Shown here in pieces: positions 8,218 through 12,672 of a stretch of DNA of 12,672 bases. This DNA is from a virus, in UHGV virus genome UHGV-0126747; one strand, given 5' to 3'. Position numbers and translations under genes: made by a program. Position 1 is the first letter of the stretch. Each line of letters begins with the position of its first letter. The notes beneath the pieces are model-generated. The model was not told the DNA's origin and did no database searches. It saw only the letters and a list, made by a program, of their open reading frames with translations.

Positions 8218-10383
8218 TTATTGAGGTGTCTCGGCTACTCCGCCGGAGGGGATTTGAACTTGACGCATAAGATTCGCGAAATCCATGCGTTGTGAATGAG
8301 TCTGGTCTGCATCTTTAAGAAGCAGCTCAGCGTTAGCGCGAGCATCTTTGCTGCGCTGTTGCTGGAATTGACCTACGAGCTTGAGGTACTCACGCAGTTC
8401 TGCCTGCTTGTCGAGGTCCATATTGTTGAAGATTTCTGCAATCTTCGCGGCGTTGAGTTGGTTTTGGGCTTCAACCTTGGCAGCTTCAACCTGAATCTGC
8501 GCCTGTTGGTTCTCTGCCTTGAGCAATTCAGCCTGACCTTGCAGAAGGATGCCCTGCGCCTGAATTTGCTCTGCTGATGGCTGCTGCGGCTGTTGTTGTG
8601 CCTGCTGCACCATCTCCATCTCTTCAGGTGTTTCTGGTTTCTTCAGCCCCATCATCACCAGTTGCTTGTTCGCGTACTCTCGCATCATCTCGACGCCTTT
8701 ACCGTCAAGCAGCGTGAAGTATTGCAGCATCAGCATCTGGAACTCTGGAGTACCTTGCGGAACCTTGGTGAGTAACTCCTGAATCTCTGCGCGGTTCTGT
8801 TCCTTCATGCTCTGGAAGGATGGTCCAACTCCTATATAGCACTCGTAGCGACCGCGAATGTCGTTGAGTGTGACCACATTACCGGACTGGTAATCGACAA
8901 CTTGCGCGTAGAGTTGAACGTCTTTCTCGCTTCCATCTTCAAGTGTCAGCGTTACATGACGAGGGATGTCATAAATATCATTGACCATTGAGGCATAAAT
9001 CTCGCCATCACGCCGCATTGCGGTAGCCAGGTTATCCTGAAACACGTATGTCTCAAGGTCTGACCGCATGTTCAGTTGATTGACGGTATCGAAAGAGACC
9101 TGAGAGTTTGCTGCCTGTGCATCCACGCCAAGACTAGCCACCTCTTTCACTGCGTTGGTGGCAGCCTCAAGCATGTAAGCGTTGGCTTGCGGCACTTCAG
9201 GGTTTTCCATGTAGGAGATTGGACCAATCGGCAGGTCGTTACCGTTTTCATCAGTCCTGTTCTGGAGATAGTACGGATAGTCATCATTTCCACCGTACAT
9301 GTATTCGTAGCCTTCGATTTGCTCAGGGAAGAAGGTCGGTTTCTTCTTCGGTGAACGACCAACAATATCGGCGTTGAATGACATGATCATGTTACGAAGG
9401 CGTTGACCGTCTTTCGTCAGCCTTACCACTCCTTCGTAGCACTCCTTGTCACCAGCGAATGACCATTCGCCATACACTGGAACGATTGGAATATGCTCTC
9501 CTGCTATCTTCTCGCGGTCTTTCAGTATCTGCGTGCAGGTGATGATCGACTTATACACACGCCGACGCTTCACCTTGCGCTCTGCTACCTTAATGAATCC
9601 ACGATTAGCCAGGTCGTCGATGACGTCTTTAATATCCTGCTGGTAATAGCTGACCGGCTCACCTGTCAGCGGGTCGCGGTAGATGAAGACTTTCTCCTTC
9701 TTCTCTTCTACCTCGTAATACTCAGCGACGTAGACGACATCATTCGATACCCACGGAAACAGCCATGTGTCGTTCGGATTCTGGAAAGATGGCAAGGTGT
9801 CCGGATCAATACCGTAATCCTCTGCGAACTCTTTCCAGCCATTGCGTGACAAGGCGTTAATCACCGTGCAGTGCTTAGCGTCGCTCTTATCCATCTGCTT
9901 GCTGTTGGCGTCCCATATGACGTGTGAGCAGGCCTCATGGATTGGCAGGCGTCTGATTACCTGATTGTTGCTTGTTGGGTCGTTGTCTTCGTACTGTGTG
10001 ACCAGACGCCATGCACCAACGCCGGACTCTATCTGCTCACGAACGCCAACGTTAACGGCAATCTTTGCCGTGTTATGGCGCATATCAGTACGATACATCC
10101 CCATCAACACATCGGCTGCATCAGGATTAGCGCCGTCTTTGGGTCGGAAGAGAACGTCGATAGGGTTCCGGCGCATCTCTGCGACCAGTTTCCTGACCAC
10201 TGGGCGAACAACATCGAATTGTCCGCGATATTGCAGGGTGGTGTAGTTTGATAGCCAGTCATCCCATTGCGACACTCGGCTAAAAAACAGGTCATTTGTC
10301 GCCTCGGTTCTGGCTTCATCGCTCGCCATCCAGTCTGCGTCAAACTTACACAGAATGGAATTGAGTCTGTTTTCGTCGGCCAT
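8218..10383 (-). CDS. 1: Portal protein, P22 gp1-like, 721 aa
   Basis: [38 protein letters not shown]... and a long Gln-rich C-terminal helical barrel region, as in the P22 portal. The start abuts the terL stop (TAAATG). Confidence 0.95.
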   Translation of the reverse strand: MADENRLNSILCKFDADWMASDEARTEATNDLFFSRVSQWDDWLSNYTTLQYRGQFDVVRPVVRKLVAEMRRNPIDVLFRPKDGANPDAADVLMGMYRTDMRHNTAKIAVNVGVREQIESGVGAWRLVTQYEDNDPTSNNQVIRRLPIHEACSHVIWDANSKQMDKSDAKHCTVINALSRNGWKEFAEDYGIDPDTLPSFQNPNDTWLFPWVSNDVVYVAEYYEVEEKKEKVFIYRDPLTGEPVSYYQQDIKDVIDDLANRGFIKVAERKVKRRRVYKSIITCTQILKDREKIAGEHIPIVPVYGEWSFAGDKECYEGVVRLTKDGQRLRNMIMSFNADIVGRSPKKKPTFFPEQIEGYEYMYGGNDDYPYYLQNRTDENGNDLPIGPISYMENPEVPQANAYMLEAATNAVKEVASLGVDAQAANSQVSFDTVNQLNMRSDLETYVFQDNLATAMRRDGEIYASMVNDIYDIPRHVTLTLEDGSEKDVQLYAQVVDYQSGNVVTLNDIRGRYECYIGVGPSFQSMKEQNRAEIQELLTKVPQGTPEFQMLMLQYFTLLDGKGVEMMREYANKQLVMMGLKKPETPEEMEMVQQAQQQPQQPSAEQIQAQGILLQGQAELLKAENQQAQIQVEAAKVEAQNQLNAAKIAEIFNNMDLDKQAELREYLKLVGQFQQQRSKDARANAELLLKDADQTHSQRMDFANLMRQVQIPSGGVAETPQ

Positions 10384-11883
10384 TTAAGTTCTCCGTGCGA
10401 TGGGCCTGATTGGGGCTGGTATCTTTTTCTCTTTTGGTTTTTTGATGTCGCGCATCATTTTGGCGAAGCGGCGCATCATGTATGCATAGCGAACGGCTGA
10501 GAGAACGTCGTCGTTAAGCTTGACGATCTTCCCGTTTTCATCACGGTGATAGAGGCGGAACTCCTCAAAGAATGGCTCACAGGTGTTGAATACTTTGAAG
10601 CGACCATCGAGCATCATGTCGCGCAATTCAGTGATGCCAGGCTCAACAGCATTACCGCCATCAGGCCATGTCGCATGCTCCTGCAACATCATAAAACCAG
10701 CATCTGCATACTGCCCTTTGAGCTGCTCACCGCCGCCCTTCTCATGCTGGTTTCCGTCATGAGGCCATGCTGTTGGCACTTTATGCGCCCATGATTTAAC
10801 AGCTCCCCATGCCTGAACGGCTGTTTTTTCTTTCGCCTTCCACACGCGTGAAACGTAGATTGTGTCTGCGTCCTTATCCCACCAAAGCTGAACCTGCGCC
10901 TGCGGGTGATCCCATCCGAAATCCATCCCGCCAATTACGTAGAAGTGATCAGGGCACTCAAACGGCTGACACTTAATCGTCTCTTCCGGTATCTGGAAGA
11001 TTCGCCCGCTACCCATCGTAGGAATACCGCGAGCACGCGCCTCTCTCTCATGCTCAGGATAGGATGCGATGATTTGCTCTTTCTGCTCGTCGGTGTAGTG
11101 CTCAGCGTCATAGATGGTCATGTTGACCACTTTCTGCGACTTGCTGGGATTCTTCAGGAACTTGGTAACAACGTCAGACATCCCCATCAGCGGGGTAAAC
11201 GTCAGAATTGAGAATTGCCCGTATTTGTTGGTACGGGTAAGCCCTTCGCCATAAATGCTGTATGGTGGCTCTTCATCAAACCACACGCCGTGGATTGTGT
11301 CACCCTGCCAGCGAGCACGGCCTTGCGAGTATGGTTTGAAGTAGCAGATTGAAATGCCATCTTCAACGCCATCAGCCGTGTGATGCTTAACCAGAAGATG
11401 ATCAACAAGGTTCGGAAAGAAAGGAGACTTCTTCCAGCTAATGATGTCCTCTTTCGGTATGGAACCGTAGCCTGGCTCACCATTCTCTTCGATACGACCG
11501 CACAGGATGCGTTGAGTCGTTTTGGTTACCGTCTCGTTTGTCTCGCCACCAATCCAGAAGACAACAGGCTCATAGAAACGCTTACCTTTCCACTCCCCAC
11601 CATATTTACCATCAGCAGGATAGCCTTTTGTGCCCGGATAACGCCCTGTAAGGTGAAACGCGACTTCAGCAGCACCAGTAAATGACTTACCAAGCTGGTT
11701 ACCAGCCATAAAACAGCGCTCTGGATAGTCATGCCCGGCGTCGATGAACTCACGCTGTTTGCTGTATGGCGTAAATTCATATAGCAGGTGTGTGTTCCGG
11801 TAGTTCTCTTCTTCTTCGAGTAGCTCGAGCAATTCGATTTGCTCTTCGTCGCTCAGGTTATCAAGAATCGCGTCCAGTTCCAC
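10384..11883 (-). CDS. 2: Terminase large subunit (ATPase and nuclease), P22 gp2-like, 499 aa
   Basis: [37 protein letters not shown]... recognised as P22 gp2, with the same length. Walker A-like NQLGKSF. Overlaps the terS 3' end by 23 nt. Confidence 0.95.
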   Translation of the reverse strand: MELDAILDNLSDEEQIELLELLEEEENYRNTHLLYEFTPYSKQREFIDAGHDYPERCFMAGNQLGKSFTGAAEVAFHLTGRYPGTKGYPADGKYGGEWKGKRFYEPVVFWIGGETNETVTKTTQRILCGRIEENGEPGYGSIPKEDIISWKKSPFFPNLVDHLLVKHHTADGVEDGISICYFKPYSQGRARWQGDTIHGVWFDEEPPYSIYGEGLTRTNKYGQFSILTFTPLMGMSDVVTKFLKNPSKSQKVVNMTIYDAEHYTDEQKEQIIASYPEHEREARARGIPTMGSGRIFQIPEETIKCQPFECPDHFYVIGGMDFGWDHPQAQVQLWWDKDADTIYVSRVWKAKEKTAVQAWGAVKSWAHKVPTAWPHDGNQHEKGGGEQLKGQYADAGFMMLQEHATWPDGGNAVEPGITELRDMMLDGRFKVFNTCEPFFEEFRLYHRDENGKIVKLNDDVLSAVRYAYMMRRFAKMMRDIKKPKEKKIPAPIRPIARRT

Positions 11884-12349
11884 GGTTGAATAGCTCCTTG
11901 ATACGAGAGCGTCGCTTATCGCGATCTCCCTTATCAGGTGTCACGTCTTCAACTTGCGACTGCTCTTTGAGGCCCAAATCACGGGCGATGATGTTAGCGT
12001 TGAGAAGGTCAGCGGCTGCGCCAGAGAATTTCTGGTCGTAGATGATGTCTTCCGCTCGTGATGTGACGTCAGAAAAACCTTCCATTGACCGGAAGGTTCC
12101 CCATGTTTGCCTGGTGATATCAAGGAAGGTACACAATCCTGAAATAGTCATGGCTCGCATCTTAGGGACATTAGCCTTAATTATTTCTCCCTGATATGAA
12201 AATACCTTACCCTCCCATAGCGGGTTATCATCAGCCCACTCGAAGTATTCACAACAAGCTGCCCACAGCGCCTCAGGCGATTCGAATTTAGGATTTCGCC
12301 CATGACTACTGCGGGCCTCCCAAAATCGGTTGCCCTTTGGTGCTGCCAT
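11861..12349 (-). CDS. 3: Terminase small subunit, P22 gp3-like, 162 aa from the second ATG
   Basis: [38 protein letters not shown]... matches the P22 gp3 N-terminus, and C-terminus ...[23 protein letters not shown]. The track ORF begins two codons earlier (MNM) but that ATG has no spaced Shine-Dalgarno. Confidence 0.9.
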   Translation of the reverse strand: MAAPKGNRFWEARSSHGRNPKFESPEALWAACCEYFEWADDNPLWEGKVFSYQGEIIKANVPKMRAMTISGLCTFLDITRQTWGTFRSMEGFSDVTSRAEDIIYDQKFSGAAADLLNANIIARDLGLKEQSQVEDVTPDKGDRDKRRSRIKELFNRGTGRDS

Positions 12350-12384
12350 ATTCATCTCACTTAATCGTTATTTCAGGTTGAGCA

Positions 12385-12627
12385 TCATGCTCCGGTGGTG
12401 AACAGGTCTAACGCCTCCTTCGATTTACGCACCGCTTCGATTGTGCGGGTCGTGATATCTGAATTAGCGCCACCTGACTGGAAGTGAATTTTGAATAGCT
12501 CAAGCTTCAGCTCGTCAGTGCCAATGAACTGAAATGCTTCTTCTGCGGCTGCGTTCTGGTTCATGACCAGTTTGTAAATCTCTAACTGGAATTTCTGTTC
12601 TTCAGTCATGGGAATAATCTCTGCCAT
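12385..12627 (-). CDS. Small hypothetical protein (80 aa) immediately upstream of the small terminase gene; occupies the position of P22 orf80
   Basis: GGAG with a 6-nt spacer before the ATG at 12627. Acidic helical sequence MAEIIPMTEEQKFQLEIYKLVMNQ... The same length and position as the unnamed ORF I recall upstream of gene 3 in P22. Confidence 0.55.
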   Translation of the reverse strand: MAEIIPMTEEQKFQLEIYKLVMNQNAAAEEAFQFIGTDELKLELFKIHFQSGGANSDITTRTIEAVRKSKEALDLFTTGA

Positions 12628-12672
12628 TGTTGGCTCCGTTTATCCGTTAAAAGGGATATCAGTTAAGTTATC

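Noticed and set aside
9493-9849. 118-aa plus-strand ORF inside the portal gene, and similar short ORFs inside terL, coat and scaffold
   Set aside because: All are embedded antisense or out of frame in confidently recognised structural genes and lack start signals.
11861-12355. terS start at the first ATG (MNMAAPKG)
   Set aside because: The second ATG gives the P22 gp3 N-terminus and length; the first has no spaced Shine-Dalgarno.

Overview
This window is the late (virion assembly) operon and immI immunity region of a P22-like temperate podovirus, most likely a prophage of an enteric bacterium. All calls are from reading the sequence and from memory of P22 proteins and operators; no database search was run. 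The minus strand carries, from high to low coordinates: an orf80-like small gene, small terminase, large terminase, portal, scaffold, coat, a strong terminator, a small repeat-containing ORF, a gp4-like gene, a 528-aa ORF, a 612-aa ejection-protein-like ORF, then arc and the 5' part of ant. The plus strand carries mnt followed by two small secreted-protein ORFs. The immI control region (Mnt operator, Arc operator, face-to-face Pant/Pmnt) is directly readable. Three things stand out. First, the tail-needle and ejection genes expected between gene 10 and gene 16 (26, 14, 7, most of 20) are absent, and a single 528-aa ORF with a gp10-like N-terminus and an unrelated C-terminus sits in their place. 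Second, a visibly AT-rich two-gene cassette of secreted proteins is coupled to mnt where P22 carries sieA. Third, a perfect hexanucleotide repeat encodes an (EP)n linker in a small ORF between coat and gene 4.
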